A stretch of DNA of 64,000 nucleotides from an uncultured Clostridium sp. Lineage in GTDB: Bacteria > Bacillota_I > Bacilli_A > RF39 > UBA660. The notes under the pieces are model-generated. The model did no database searches. It was not told the origin of the DNA and saw only the letters and a program-made list of their open reading frames with translations. The translations under genes and the position numbers were made by a program. Of this stretch, positions 26,625-37,171 are shown piece by piece. Where the stretch lies: the NCBI GenBank assembly GCA_964490375.1, contig CAZBAZ010000003.1, positions 1,448-65,447 on the forward strand, read 5' to 3'. How positions within the stretch are numbered: the first letter of the stretch is position 1; every line of letters begins with the position of its first letter.

Positions 26625-27668
26625 ATGAAAGTTATACAATATGGCTGTGGTAAAATGGCCAAATATACTATGAGATATGTTTTAGAAAATAATTGGGAAA
26701 TTGTTGGCGCAGTTGATATTAATCCTAATGTTATTGGAAAAGACATTGGTAGTATCATTGGATGTGAGGACAAGGGAGTTAAAATTACTTCTGTTAATGA
26801 TGCTGAAGAACTTTTTAGTGAGGTAAATGCTGATGTATGTATTGTTACAACTATGAGTTTATTAAGTGATTGCAAAGACGCTTTACTCTTATGTGCTAAA
26901 CATGGAGTTAATGCTATTACAACTTGTGAAGAAGCATTTTATCCTATGAGTTCTAATCCAAAATTAACATTAGAGATTGATGAACTTGCTAAAGCTAACA
27001 ATTGTACTATTACAGGTTCTGGATATCAAGATGCTTTTTGGGGTAACCTAATTAGTACTTTAGCAGGTACTACTCAAAAAATAACAAAAATTAAGGGAAG
27101 TTCTTCATACAATGTAGAAGATTATGGTATTGCATTAGCTAAAGCTCATGGAGCTGGATTTACTAGCGAACAATTTGATAAAGAAATAGCTTCTAATGAT
27201 AGAATTAGTGAAGAAGAAAGAAAGAAAATCATTGATTCTGGAAATTATACTCCAAGTTATATGTGGAATGTTAATGGATGGTTATGTGACAAATTACATT
27301 TAGATGTTGTTAGTCAAACTCAAGAGTGTGTTCCACAATATTCTGATACTGATATTCATTCAACTACTTTAGGTATGGATATCAAAGCTGGCAATGCTAC
27401 TGGTATGAGTGCTGTTGTTACAACAACAACTAAACAAGGAGTAATTCTTGAAACTCAATGTATTGGTAAAGTATATGGTGCAAATGATTGTGATAAGAAT
27501 GATTGGACAATCGAGGGTGAGCCAAATACTAACTTAGTAATTACTAGACCATCTACTGTTGAACTTACTTGTGCTGCTATAGTAAATAGAATACCTGATG
27601 TAATTAATGCACCAAGTGGATTTGTTCCTACATCTAGAATGGGAGAAATGAAATACTTAGTAAAATAA
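26625..27668 (+). CDS. NAD(P)-dependent amine dehydrogenase family protein (2,4-diaminopentanoate dehydrogenase-like)
   Basis: MKVIQYGCGKMAKYTMRYVLENNWEIVGAVDINPNVIGKDIG is a DapB-like Rossmann N-terminus. Length and layout resemble the Ord/nat-AmDH family. I place the start at 26625 because AAGGAGG lies 7 nt upstream. Confidence 0.55.
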   Translation: MKVIQYGCGKMAKYTMRYVLENNWEIVGAVDINPNVIGKDIGSIIGCEDKGVKITSVNDAEELFSEVNADVCIVTTMSLLSDCKDALLLCAKHGVNAITTCEEAFYPMSSNPKLTLEIDELAKANNCTITGSGYQDAFWGNLISTLAGTTQKITKIKGSSSYNVEDYGIALAKAHGAGFTSEQFDKEIASNDRISEEERKKIIDSGNYTPSYMWNVNGWLCDKLHLDVVSQTQECVPQYSDTDIHSTTLGMDIKAGNATGMSAVVTTTTKQGVILETQCIGKVYGANDCDKNDWTIEGEPNTNLVITRPSTVELTCAAIVNRIPDVINAPSGFVPTSRMGEMKYLVK

Positions 27669-27677
27669 GTTATTATA

Positions 27678-27702
27678 GGATGAGAAATCATCCTTTTTTT
27701 GT
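27678..27702 (+). terminator. intrinsic terminator after the amine dehydrogenase gene
   Basis: AGGATGAgaaaTCATCCTTTTTTT: a 7-bp stem plus T7. It sits between convergent genes. Confidence 0.7.
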
Positions 27703-27720
27703 GAATCAAAAAAAGAAGAG

Positions 27721-29904
27721 TTATTCTTCTAAATGTTTCTTCTCTTCTTTTTTATCTTCTTTCTTTTCTAATTTTGGTAATAGTTCTTTTCTTGAAAGAT
27801 TTAATTTACCTTTTCTATCATATCCAGTTGCTTTAACAACAATTTCATCTCCAACTTTTAAGATATCACTTGGATGATTAACTCTCTTATTATCTAATTG
27901 TGAAACATGAACTAATCCTTCACAACCTGGCCATAATTCTACAAAAGCACCAAAGTCTTCTATTTTAACTACTTTTACAGTATATACAGCTCCAATTTCT
28001 ACGTCTTTTACAATGTCTTCAATCATCTTAATTGCTTTATCTAAAACATCTTTATTCATATGATAGCAAATTACATTTCCATCATCATCAATGTCAATTT
28101 TAACTGCGTCTTTATGGTTAACTGATGTTACATTGCTTGATTCTAAAATTATCTTAGTAATAGTTTCTCCACCTTTGCCAATAACATCTTTAATTTTGTC
28201 TGGTGAAATCTTCATTGTTCTAATTTTTGGAGCATATTCACTTAATTCATGTCTTGGTTCTGGTATTGTATTTTCCATTACATCAAGTATTTTCATTCTT
28301 GCTTTATGTGCCTTTTCTAATGCTTCTTTAAGTACTTCACGAGTTACACCCTTAATTTTAATATCCATTTGTAAAGCAGTAATTCCTTGTCTTGTACCTG
28401 CTACTTTAAAGTCCATATCTCCCATATGATCTTCTAATCCTTGAATATCTGTTAGGATTGTATATTTTGAATTGCATGTTCCATCTTCTGTTATTAATCC
28501 CATTGCAATTCCAGCTACTGGAGCTTTAATTGGTACACCTGCTGCCATAAGTGACATACATCCAGCACAAATACTTGCTTGACTTGATGAACCATTGCTT
28601 TCTAAAACTTCTGATACAACTCTAACTGTATATGGAAATTCTTCTTGACTTGGCATTACTTGTAATAACGCTCTTTCTGCTAAAGCACCATGTCCAATTT
28701 CTCTTCTACCTGGGCTTCCATATCTACCAGTTTCACCTACACTAAACGCCGGGAAATTGTAATGGAAAATGAATTTTTTAGAATCTTCTAATGATAAGCC
28801 ATCTAGAATTTGTTCTTCGTTTTGAGCACCCAATGTTGTGATTGCTAATGCTTGTGTTTGACCTCTTGTAAATAATGCGCTACCATGTGTTCTTGGAAGT
28901 AAATCAACATCTGCTGATAATTCGCGAATTTCATCCATTTCTCTTCCATCTGGTCTTATATGTTCATTAGTAATTAATCTTCTTACTTCATTTCCTTCGA
29001 TTTCATCTGCAACCTTCTTAACAAGTTTTAATTTTTCTTCTAGGTCTTCTTCTCCTTCATGTCTCTCAGTATATAAGTCAATTGCTTCTTGTTTTACTTC
29101 ATCTATTCTTGCATATTTTTCTAATTTGTCTTTGATTTGAATAGCTTCAATCATTTTTTCTTTGATATCATTATTTACTTCAGTAGACAATTCTTCAGGA
29201 ATAGAAGCCAATGTTACTTCAATTTTAGGTTCTCCTATTTCGCTAATGATATCCTCTTCAATTGCACATAATTCTTTTACTGCTTCATGTCCAAACATTA
29301 AAGCTTCTAGCATTTCTTCTTCGCTTACTTGTTTAGAACCAGATTCTACCATATTGATAGCTTCTTTTGTTCCTGCTACAGTTAAATTAATTGTACTTCT
29401 TTCCATTTCTTCACAAGTTGGATTAATTTTTAATTCTCCATCAATTTTACCAACTATTACTCCAGCTACTGGTCCTTCAAATGGAATACTAGAAATACCC
29501 AAGCATAATGAAGTACCAAATAATGCAGTCATTTCTGGTGTACGATCTGGATCAACGCTTAAAACAGTATTTACTACCTGAACCTCATTTCTAAAATTCT
29601 CATTAAACATTGGTCTAATTGGTCTATCGATTACTCTTGCTGTTAATGTTGCAGCATCAGTTGGACGACCTTCTCTTTTAATAAATCCACCAGGAATTTT
29701 ACCAACAGAGTATAATTTTTCTTGATATAATATTGTTAATGGAAAAAAATCTGCAGTTGATACATTATTACTCATAACACATGTAGATAATATTACTGTG
29801 TCATCATATCTAACTAATACAGCTCCTCTTGCTTGTTTAGCAAGTTCTCCATGTTCAATTATCAATTTCCTACCTTGAAAATCGTATTCAAATACTCTTT
29901 TCAT
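27721..29904 (-). CDS. pnp: polyribonucleotide nucleotidyltransferase (PNPase)
   Basis: Two RNase PH domains ([21 protein letters not shown]) followed by C-terminal KH and S1 domains ([20 protein letters not shown]). I place the start at the ATG at 29904 because AAAGGAGTG lies upstream. Confidence 0.95.
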   Translation of the reverse strand: MKRVFEYDFQGRKLIIEHGELAKQARGAVLVRYDDTVILSTCVMSNNVSTADFFPLTILYQEKLYSVGKIPGGFIKREGRPTDAATLTARVIDRPIRPMFNENFRNEVQVVNTVLSVDPDRTPEMTALFGTSLCLGISSIPFEGPVAGVIVGKIDGELKINPTCEEMERSTINLTVAGTKEAINMVESGSKQVSEEEMLEALMFGHEAVKELCAIEEDIISEIGEPKIEVTLASIPEELSTEVNNDIKEKMIEAIQIKDKLEKYARIDEVKQEAIDLYTERHEGEEDLEEKLKLVKKVADEIEGNEVRRLITNEHIRPDGREMDEIRELSADVDLLPRTHGSALFTRGQTQALAITTLGAQNEEQILDGLSLEDSKKFIFHYNFPAFSVGETGRYGSPGRREIGHGALAERALLQVMPSQEEFPYTVRVVSEVLESNGSSSQASICAGCMSLMAAGVPIKAPVAGIAMGLITEDGTCNSKYTILTDIQGLEDHMGDMDFKVAGTRQGITALQMDIKIKGVTREVLKEALEKAHKARMKILDVMENTIPEPRHELSEYAPKIRTMKISPDKIKDVIGKGGETITKIILESSNVTSVNHKDAVKIDIDDDGNVICYHMNKDVLDKAIKMIEDIVKDVEIGAVYTVKVVKIEDFGAFVELWPGCEGLVHVSQLDNKRVNHPSDILKVGDEIVVKATGYDRKGKLNLSRKELLPKLEKKEDKKEEKKHLEE

Positions 29905-29947
29905 CAATTCACTCCTTTCAAAAATAAAAGACACTTAAAACAAGTGC

Positions 29948-30217
29948 CTACTTTCTTAAACCTAATTTTTTAATTAACTCACGATATCTTTGAACATCTT
30001 CGTTCTTTAAATATTCAAGTAAGTTTTTTCTTTTACCAACTAATCTTAGTAATCCACGATTAGTATGATAATCATGAGTATGTTTCTTCATATGATCTGT
30101 TAATTTGTTAATTCTTTCTGTTAAAAGAGCAACTTGAACTTCAACGCTACCAGTATCTCCTTTACTTCTAGCAAATTCAGAAACAATACTTTCTTTTTTG
30201 TCTTTACTTAAAGCCAT
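29948..30217 (-). CDS. rpsO: 30S ribosomal protein S15
   Basis: [36 protein letters not shown]...[23 protein letters not shown]. The start at 30217 has AGGAGG upstream. The track ORF is over-extended. Confidence 0.9.
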   Translation of the reverse strand: MALSKDKKESIVSEFARSKGDTGSVEVQVALLTERINKLTDHMKKHTHDYHTNRGLLRLVGKRKNLLEYLKNEDVQRYRELIKKLGLRK

Positions 30218-30368
30218 TTTAAAAATCCTCCTTCTTTTATAATCTGTTAAATCCGAGTAAAGAAGTAAGAGGTACATCTAAACCAAGAAATAACTTCTAG
30301 TTAATAATACTATATTTGCCATAATAAATCAAGCAAATATTAACATTTTTCCTTAAAAATGTTTGATT

Positions 30369-30782
30369 TTAATTACAAAATAGAAAAATCACTATAAGTA
30401 AAAGTATTATGATTGCAATAATCGAAATTATCAATTTTTTTGATTTATTATTACTTTTATTTAAGTCTTTATATGTATCATGAACAATTTGTAAATTCTT
30501 TTGAGACATAAATTCTTCCCAATTAGTAGATTCATTTATTCTTTTGGCTTCATCTATATCTTTTACTTGTAAATAAACTTCATGAAAACATTCTTTTTGA
30601 CCTACTTCTGTACTAAAGCATTGATATATAAATAATGCTTTACATTTTTTACATCTTACTAAATATCTTTTAGCATTTTTATATACTCCAAAAAATTTTA
30701 TAAATTCACTTACATATTCAAAATTCTTTTTTACATAATCATATTTTCTATCTTCTGTTTGTCCAAAAGCACAACATTGCAT
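30369..30782 (-). CDS. hypothetical Cys-rich tail-anchored membrane protein
   Basis: 137 aa. Cys pairs (MQCCAFG..., VRCKKCKALF) and a C-terminal TM segment LIISIIAIIILLLIVIFLF. It lies 4 nt downstream of the 534-aa gene. Confidence 0.5.
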   Translation of the reverse strand: MQCCAFGQTEDRKYDYVKKNFEYVSEFIKFFGVYKNAKRYLVRCKKCKALFIYQCFSTEVGQKECFHEVYLQVKDIDEAKRINESTNWEEFMSQKNLQIVHDTYKDLNKSNNKSKKLIISIIAIIILLLIVIFLFCN

Positions 30783-30786
30783 ATTA

Positions 30787-32391
30787 TCACTCTAACCCTA
30801 TTATATCTATTACATCTTTTTCTTTAGCATATTTAACTTTAATACTATTTCCACTATTTAAGAATGGCAAAACATTTTCGTTGACTTTAATTGATACTTT
30901 ATATTTTTGATTATCATTATCTATTATATAGTAGTATGTATCTCCATCAATAATACTTGTTGATATTGACTTTATAGTTATTTCTTTTTCAGTGTTTACA
31001 CTATTATTATTTTTTAAATCAACATTTGTTAAATAATTTCTTGCTGCTTCTGTTACACCAATTGATGCATCACTTACTACTACTTTTTGATAATCCTCAA
31101 CATCTACAAAAGCATACATTTTAACGAGACCTGCATTATCTTTTAAACTAATTAAATATGTTGGTCTTTCATTTAAATTAATTAATAATGGAAATGTTGA
31201 TGTGTAATTCATTTGCTGAACTTGACCTTTTGCTGAATCCATTGCTGAGTATTCTTCTGCTCCAGGAACATTATAAAATTTTGTTTCTTTTGTTCTTAAA
31301 TTTGAAATAATAAATCCTATATTAGATTCATCACTATTAATTGATGTTATTCCTGTATATAAATAAACATCATCATCTTGAATCATATAATTATATCCAT
31401 CGGTTGTTTGAACTACACCTTTTTGTCCAAATATAGAATTAAAGAATCCTTTTTTATACATTCCCCAATCATCAACTTGGTCTATTATTAATGAAGCACT
31501 ATATACTTGATCTACCCATGTAGGAATAGAACCAGTCTTATAATATTCACTTTTTGCGGTAATTGGGTCAAAAATTATAACTCCTTCAACTTCTTCTAAT
31601 AAACCAACTCCAGAATATTTAATAGTTGGAATTATCCAATAAGGATTACCATCATTATCTATTTCGAACGATTCTTTTCCAAATATTTTTGTTGGATAAG
31701 AGAATCTTAATTTTCTATATAAATTCTCATTAAAATGAGCACTAGGCATATATTTCATACCTTTATCAAGTTTAACTAATTCACTCTTTCCATTAACTGA
31801 ATTAACTTTAATATATCCTTTTACACCACCACTTCTATTAGTTAACCATTTAATAGCATTAGCATATTCAAGAGGTGTAACTCTTATAATTTCATTATTA
31901 TAGTTTATCTGAGTATAAAGTGATGAAACTTCAAATTGACTTACTAACTCACTCATTTGACCCATAACTCTATCACCTAGTTTTGATGAAGAATCTTTAT
32001 CTAATAATGGTATCATATTAAAATCCACTTCTTTTATATCTTCAGTAAAATTATTGTTTTCACTAATAGTAATCCTATTTTTATATTTATTACTCATAAA
32101 TAAAGGAGATAATATAAAATTAACTAAAAATATTCCAGCAAAAACAAAGATTACTGCAAAATATAAAAAACTTTTCTTAATAATATTACTTTTGTTTACT
32201 CCATTTCTTAATACTTTCTTAACATTACTTTTAAAATTTATAATACTAGTTAATTTATATATTATAATTATAAATAAAATAAATATATAAAAACCAAAAC
32301 TATGCAAATTTAATGCTGGTAATGTAATATAATATGTAATAAATCCAATTAAAATAGTAATTATTAATCTTATAATTAAATTCTTTTTCAT
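30787..32391 (-). CDS. hypothetical membrane protein with large extracytoplasmic domain
   Basis: 534 aa with three N-terminal TM helices followed by a ~430-aa beta-rich soluble domain. No family recognised. Confidence 0.5.
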   Translation of the reverse strand: MKKNLIIRLIITILIGFITYYITLPALNLHSFGFYIFILFIIIIYKLTSIINFKSNVKKVLRNGVNKSNIIKKSFLYFAVIFVFAGIFLVNFILSPLFMSNKYKNRITISENNNFTEDIKEVDFNMIPLLDKDSSSKLGDRVMGQMSELVSQFEVSSLYTQINYNNEIIRVTPLEYANAIKWLTNRSGGVKGYIKVNSVNGKSELVKLDKGMKYMPSAHFNENLYRKLRFSYPTKIFGKESFEIDNDGNPYWIIPTIKYSGVGLLEEVEGVIIFDPITAKSEYYKTGSIPTWVDQVYSASLIIDQVDDWGMYKKGFFNSIFGQKGVVQTTDGYNYMIQDDDVYLYTGITSINSDESNIGFIISNLRTKETKFYNVPGAEEYSAMDSAKGQVQQMNYTSTFPLLINLNERPTYLISLKDNAGLVKMYAFVDVEDYQKVVVSDASIGVTEAARNYLTNVDLKNNNSVNTEKEITIKSISTSIIDGDTYYYIIDNDNQKYKVSIKVNENVLPFLNSGNSIKVKYAKEKDVIDIIGLE

Positions 32392-32448
32392 GACTATCCT
32401 CCTATTAATAGGATATCATAAACACAATAAAAAAGAAAGATTTCTCTT

Positions 32449-32787
32449 TCATTCTTTATCAAGATTTATACTATCAAATGCACCTAAATCTAGAACATTA
32501 TATCCTAAGTTTTCTAATGTTCCTGATGCTATAGAACTTCTCTTTCCACTTTTACAATAAACCATTATTGTTTTTGATTTATCTAAATCTATGTTTTCAT
32601 CTATTGTATCATATGGAATATTTATAGAACCAACTATATGTGAAGTATTATATTCTTCTTTAGTTCTAACATCTACAATAATATAATTATTTTCTTTTAA
32701 TATTTCTTCCAAAGTATTTGTTTCTTCTTTATTATTACATCCTATTAATAATAAAATTGATAACAAAATTATAATTATTTTTTTCAT
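32449..32787 (-). CDS. rhodanese-domain lipoprotein
   Basis: Lipobox LLLIGC|NN. Rhodanese pattern VDVRTKEEYNTSHIVGSINIP...MVYCKSGKRS, including the active-site Cys loop. Confidence 0.75.
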   Translation of the reverse strand: MKKIIIILLSILLLIGCNNKEETNTLEEILKENNYIIVDVRTKEEYNTSHIVGSINIPYDTIDENIDLDKSKTIMVYCKSGKRSSIASGTLENLGYNVLDLGAFDSINLDKE

Positions 32788-32798
32788 ACTCTCTCCAT

Positions 32799-34001
32799 TT
32801 ACATATTTTTGATTGATTCTTTTTTTCTTATTCTTTCTATATCAAATAACATTATTGATTGAATTAAAGTAACTATTGCAGCGCCTAGGAATAAAGATGA
32901 TAGTGAGTAAGATAAAAGTATTCCTGCAAAAAATGTTCCTATTCCTTTTCCTAAACTAGTTACAAAATATCTCATATTCCCAAATAGAAATTGAGCATTA
33001 TCATTTACTCTTTTTAAGTATGTTCCAGTTACTTTATCGTCTAACATTCTACATGATATATAACCAAATGAAATTGTAAGAATATATATAGTCATATTAT
33101 TTGAAAATGCAGCTATAAAATATGTAACTGTTCTTGTTCCAAACTTTATAATATTACTTGCATTTACTGATAAATTTTTTCCATATTTACTAAATAATGA
33201 ACATACTATTACTGCAAGTGCATTTGATATTATTATAAATATAGAAGCTACTGATATTTCAAGATTTATGTAATCAGTTAAAATTAACATTATTATTCCA
33301 AATACTATTCCATATGAAATATTTACTATTAATTGTTCACTTAAAAAATATGTTATGATTTTTGAATTAAATATTGTTTTAATCGCATGTTTTAAAGACT
33401 CAGCTTTTTGTTTTTTAATTAGTGATTTTGTTTTTAAAAATGTCAAAACCATGCCACTTATAATATTACTTATTATTGCTAGAAATAAACATGTATTATA
33501 GTCAAATACATAGTTTCCTAAAGTTATTCCCATTAATAAACCGCATATTATTATCCCAGCGTCTTGAGATATATAATCTATAAGTGTTTTCTTTCTATAA
33601 GTTTCATCGCTTTTATTTATTAGTGCTAAAAGTGGATAATAAGCGATTGAAAAAATTACTTCACACATAATGCTTAAAAGCATACACATTTTGATCATAA
33701 AATCATCTTTTACAATTAATAATAAAATCATACTAACTGATCTTATAACATTAGATAATTGAATTGTACTTTTAATATTTACTTTAGTTGAAAAAATACT
33801 AATTATAAATGAAATAACCGCACTGCATATTAAAGCTACACTAAGAATTCTACTAATTTCTCCTATACCATAACCTATATCTTGTAACCATAATTGTCTA
33901 TAATTGGTCCATAATCCAATTGAAAAAGACATGAAAGCTAAAACTATCATTAAATTATCTTCATTATTAATACTTAAAAAATTCTTAACTTTTTTATTCA
34001 T
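32799..34001 (-). CDS. MFS-type transporter
   Basis: 400 aa. It appears to have ~12 hydrophobic segments in a 6+6 arrangement with a central basic loop (KTKSLIKKQKAES). Substrate unknown. Confidence 0.55.
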   Translation of the reverse strand: MNKKVKNFLSINNEDNLMIVLAFMSFSIGLWTNYRQLWLQDIGYGIGEISRILSVALICSAVISFIISIFSTKVNIKSTIQLSNVIRSVSMILLLIVKDDFMIKMCMLLSIMCEVIFSIAYYPLLALINKSDETYRKKTLIDYISQDAGIIICGLLMGITLGNYVFDYNTCLFLAIISNIISGMVLTFLKTKSLIKKQKAESLKHAIKTIFNSKIITYFLSEQLIVNISYGIVFGIIMLILTDYINLEISVASIFIIISNALAVIVCSLFSKYGKNLSVNASNIIKFGTRTVTYFIAAFSNNMTIYILTISFGYISCRMLDDKVTGTYLKRVNDNAQFLFGNMRYFVTSLGKGIGTFFAGILLSYSLSSLFLGAAIVTLIQSIMLFDIERIRKKESIKNM

Positions 34002-34097
34002 ATTTTCCTCTATGATAATTATAAATTAAAAGTTTTATCTTTTCAACTATCAAACTATTAAGTATTATTTCCTATTTTTTATTTATTATTTATTACC

Positions 34098-34811
34098 TTA
34101 ATATTTGTTATGATAAAATTCATATATTTTATGTACGTTAAAAGTTTTAAAGCATATTATTGCTAATAATAAATTTATCAATAAAAGAAATACAACATTA
34201 AAATTGAATGAAAGACTTAATAATAGAAATAAAATCGGAATAATTGATAATAAAGTATTTTTGCAAGATGAATTAATATAAAATATTATAATTAAACTTA
34301 TGGAACTATAAATTAATAGGTCACTAATAATAGTTAATAATAATTCGTTAAAGTCGCCAGTTAAGTTTGTTCCATATATTTTAAATAAAGTCAAGGTTAA
34401 AATAATAATTAATATTCTTTCAAAAATAATATATACATAGACAGATAGCATATTATAAAACATAAATTTTTTACTTTTTATTCTTAGAATGATATACTCA
34501 GAACCATTAAATATATCAAGTAAAAATATTTTAAAAGTAGTAAATATTACAATTGAAATTTCTAAAAGTTTTAATGATATTTTGGTTGGCGCTAAATCAG
34601 TAACTTTTATGTGTCCTAAGTAAGTTTTAAAGTTAATTATTTTATCATAGCTTAGTACTCCTTTATCTATTGTAATAAATATAGCTATAACCAATAACAA
34701 TAATAAATAATACTTTAATATATGTCTTTTTAAAAGACTATAATTTTTAAAAAATACATATTTCATTTTTTTATTTAATCCTCTATTTCTATTTTGAACT
34801 TGTTTTGACAT
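34098..34811 (-). CDS. ABC-2/LanG-like permease subunit
   Basis: 237 aa, polytopic, ~6 TM. It overlaps the upstream permease gene by 37 nt. Confidence 0.5.
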   Translation of the reverse strand: MSKQVQNRNRGLNKKMKYVFFKNYSLLKRHILKYYLLLLLVIAIFITIDKGVLSYDKIINFKTYLGHIKVTDLAPTKISLKLLEISIVIFTTFKIFLLDIFNGSEYIILRIKSKKFMFYNMLSVYVYIIFERILIIILTLTLFKIYGTNLTGDFNELLLTIISDLLIYSSISLIIIFYINSSCKNTLLSIIPILFLLLSLSFNFNVVFLLLINLLLAIICFKTFNVHKIYEFYHNKY

Positions 34812-35536
34812 GTTTTATCAATTATTAAATACAAACTAATTAATATTATTAATTCTAGTAGAAACATAGATAATTCTAACACAAAGTTACTATATTGATA
34901 TGGAAAAAGAAAAAATCCATAAAAAGCATTAAAATCTTTATATGATTTAATAATTTTAGAATTATAAGTAACTAAATCCTTGAAGATTGTTGTGCTTGCT
35001 ATTAATATTATTCCGGCTTTTTTACCAAAACATATATAAACCACTGAACTTATTAATACAAGAATATTTAAAATTAAAAACACTTTTACAAAACTATATA
35101 TAATATAAATTAAATATGGTATATGATTAGGTAATTGACCTATTAGTGATACATTTCCAAAATATCTTATCGTTACAAAAATTGTAGTCAATAAGATATA
35201 GCAAACAAATATTACAAAATTTACTATGCTTATCGTTGATGACAAATTTTTCAAATACACTTTTTTATTTTTGAATCGCAAGATATTTTGTCCTAACTTA
35301 TTATAATTACTTGTTGTTTGTAAACTTCCTATAAATAATACAATCATTAAAAATAATTGATACATTGTTGTATAAATTACACCTAAATTACTTTCGAGAT
35401 AAGTGTTATTTGTATCTATATTGTATGAGTTAAATATTGCAGCTAACACACATAATACATATACTGCTTTAAATTTATCGGTATTCAAAATTGATTTTAC
35501 AATATTAAAATTATATTTTATTTTTCGAATTATCAT
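34775..35536 (-). CDS. ABC-2/LanE-like permease subunit
   Basis: 253 aa, polytopic, ~6 TM. It overlaps the ATPase gene by 26 nt. Confidence 0.5.
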   Translation of the reverse strand: MIIRKIKYNFNIVKSILNTDKFKAVYVLCVLAAIFNSYNIDTNNTYLESNLGVIYTTMYQLFLMIVLFIGSLQTTSNYNKLGQNILRFKNKKVYLKNLSSTISIVNFVIFVCYILLTTIFVTIRYFGNVSLIGQLPNHIPYLIYIIYSFVKVFLILNILVLISSVVYICFGKKAGIILIASTTIFKDLVTYNSKIIKSYKDFNAFYGFFLFPYQYSNFVLELSMFLLELIILISLYLIIDKTCQNKFKIEIED

Positions 35537-36164
35537 ATTTCGTCAATTCTCCTGCATCAAATTCATAAATTTCATCTGACAATTCTTCTATATCATCTAG
35601 TATATGACTTGTTATTATAATCAGCTTGTCTTTTTTCTTTTCTTCTTTTATTATTTCTTTAATTTTTTCAACCGATTTTTTATCTATGCCATTGAATGCC
35701 TCGTCCAATATCATGAATTTGGGGTCTTCCATTAAAACTTGAACTATTCCTAATTTTTGTTTTGTTCCTAGTGAATATTCACCATATTTTTTATCTTTTT
35801 CTTCATAAACATTTACTTTTTTCATCGTTTCTAATATTTGTTCATCAGAAATACTATTTTGAATTGAAGCAATTAGTTTTAAATTTTCATAACCTGTTAA
35901 ATCAGGAATAAAATTTGGTCCTTCTATTAAAGCTCTCGTACTTTTTGGAAAATCATTATTAGCTATATAATTGTAACCATCTTGTAATATTTCACCACTA
36001 GATGGAATATAAAATGAACACAGCATCTTTAAAAATACACTTTTACCGCTTCCATTTCTTCCAATGATTCCGTATATTTTTCCAGATTTAAAAGTTGCTG
36101 ATACGTTCTTCATTACTTCTGTTTTATTAAATTTTTTTGATATATTTTTAACTTCTATTTTCAT
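35511..36164 (-). CDS. ABC transporter ATP-binding protein (ABC-2 / LanF-like)
   Basis: Walker A GRNGSGKS, a degenerate signature YSLGTKQKLG, and Walker B FMILDEAFNGID. I place the start at 36164 because AGGAG lies 8 nt upstream. Confidence 0.8.
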   Translation of the reverse strand: MKIEVKNISKKFNKTEVMKNVSATFKSGKIYGIIGRNGSGKSVFLKMLCSFYIPSSGEILQDGYNYIANNDFPKSTRALIEGPNFIPDLTGYENLKLIASIQNSISDEQILETMKKVNVYEEKDKKYGEYSLGTKQKLGIVQVLMEDPKFMILDEAFNGIDKKSVEKIKEIIKEEKKKDKLIIITSHILDDIEELSDEIYEFDAGELTKYDNSKNKI

Positions 36165-36174
36165 TGTATTACTC

Positions 36175-37113
36175 CTATTTTTCACACATCATTATCAATT
36201 TTTCTTTATCTTTATAGTTGTATTTAGCAACTAAAAAAGTAATAATATAATTTATAAAATTTATGATTAAATAAATATGCACATTGTCTATATAAGTAAA
36301 GGAATATATATTAAACAAATTAAAATATTCCGCTGATATATTAAAATATTTTTGAAATAAATTTCCAAGTATTATAGCATTAATGCATAAATATAGATAA
36401 ATCACTATAAATGTTTCAACATATGAAACAACAAAATTTTTATTTTTACTCAATATAGTTAATCCAATATTTATATAAATTCCAATATTTAAAAACAATA
36501 TTATTAAATAAATAATATAAAAATATATGTTGTTATATTTTGTAATAAGTATTGGATCTGCTCGCCCAAAATAAATTCCTGCTTCAGGATTTATGTTTTT
36601 TGTTATTAAGAAACATAAAATAAATAATAAAGCAATCATAAATGGAACGAACCATATGTTCTTATATGCTAACTTAAATATATCTTTTACATAATATTTG
36701 TATTTTTTTCTTAAAATATAATCTTTTATATCTTTACTTCTGAATTTTTTTGATATTATATAAATGAAGGGTATTGTTATAATCAATGGCAACATAAATG
36801 GAATTATGTACGCATTTAAGCCAGTGATTAATGAATCTATATATAATGAAAATGCACTATCGCTTGTTGTTTTAAATTGTGTTATTTCTTTGCATTCTTC
36901 ATCGGTCGCGAATTCTGCAAAATCCGGATAGTTTTTTATAGCAGGTTGTTTCATGTTTTCATCTAAATATTCAATACAAAAATTATAATATTTAGTATTA
37001 TGTTTAATGTTGCTATACCCATCTTCAATGTATAAAAACTGGATTAAACTGCCAAATATAATTACTAATAATAGTATAAAAATTATTACTGATAGTTTTC
37101 TTTCTATTTTCAT
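36175..37113 (-). CDS. polytopic membrane protein associated with the ABC set
   Basis: 312 aa. An N-terminal TM is followed by a ~70-aa loop and then ~5 TM helices. It is the first gene after the secreted-protein gene. Confidence 0.5.
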   Translation of the reverse strand: MKIERKLSVIIFILLLVIIFGSLIQFLYIEDGYSNIKHNTKYYNFCIEYLDENMKQPAIKNYPDFAEFATDEECKEITQFKTTSDSAFSLYIDSLITGLNAYIIPFMLPLIITIPFIYIISKKFRSKDIKDYILRKKYKYYVKDIFKLAYKNIWFVPFMIALLFILCFLITKNINPEAGIYFGRADPILITKYNNIYFYIIYLIILFLNIGIYINIGLTILSKNKNFVVSYVETFIVIYLYLCINAIILGNLFQKYFNISAEYFNLFNIYSFTYIDNVHIYLIINFINYIITFLVAKYNYKDKEKLIMMCEK

Positions 37114-37171
37114 ATTTAACTCCTAAAATATAGAGAAAGCAAAAATATTATTTTGATTTTTCTATTTAATA

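Noticed and set aside
27680-27877. 65-aa plus-strand ORF starting in the terminator after the amine dehydrogenase gene and running into pnp.
   Set aside because: It starts inside a terminator hairpin and is antisense to the pnp 3' end.
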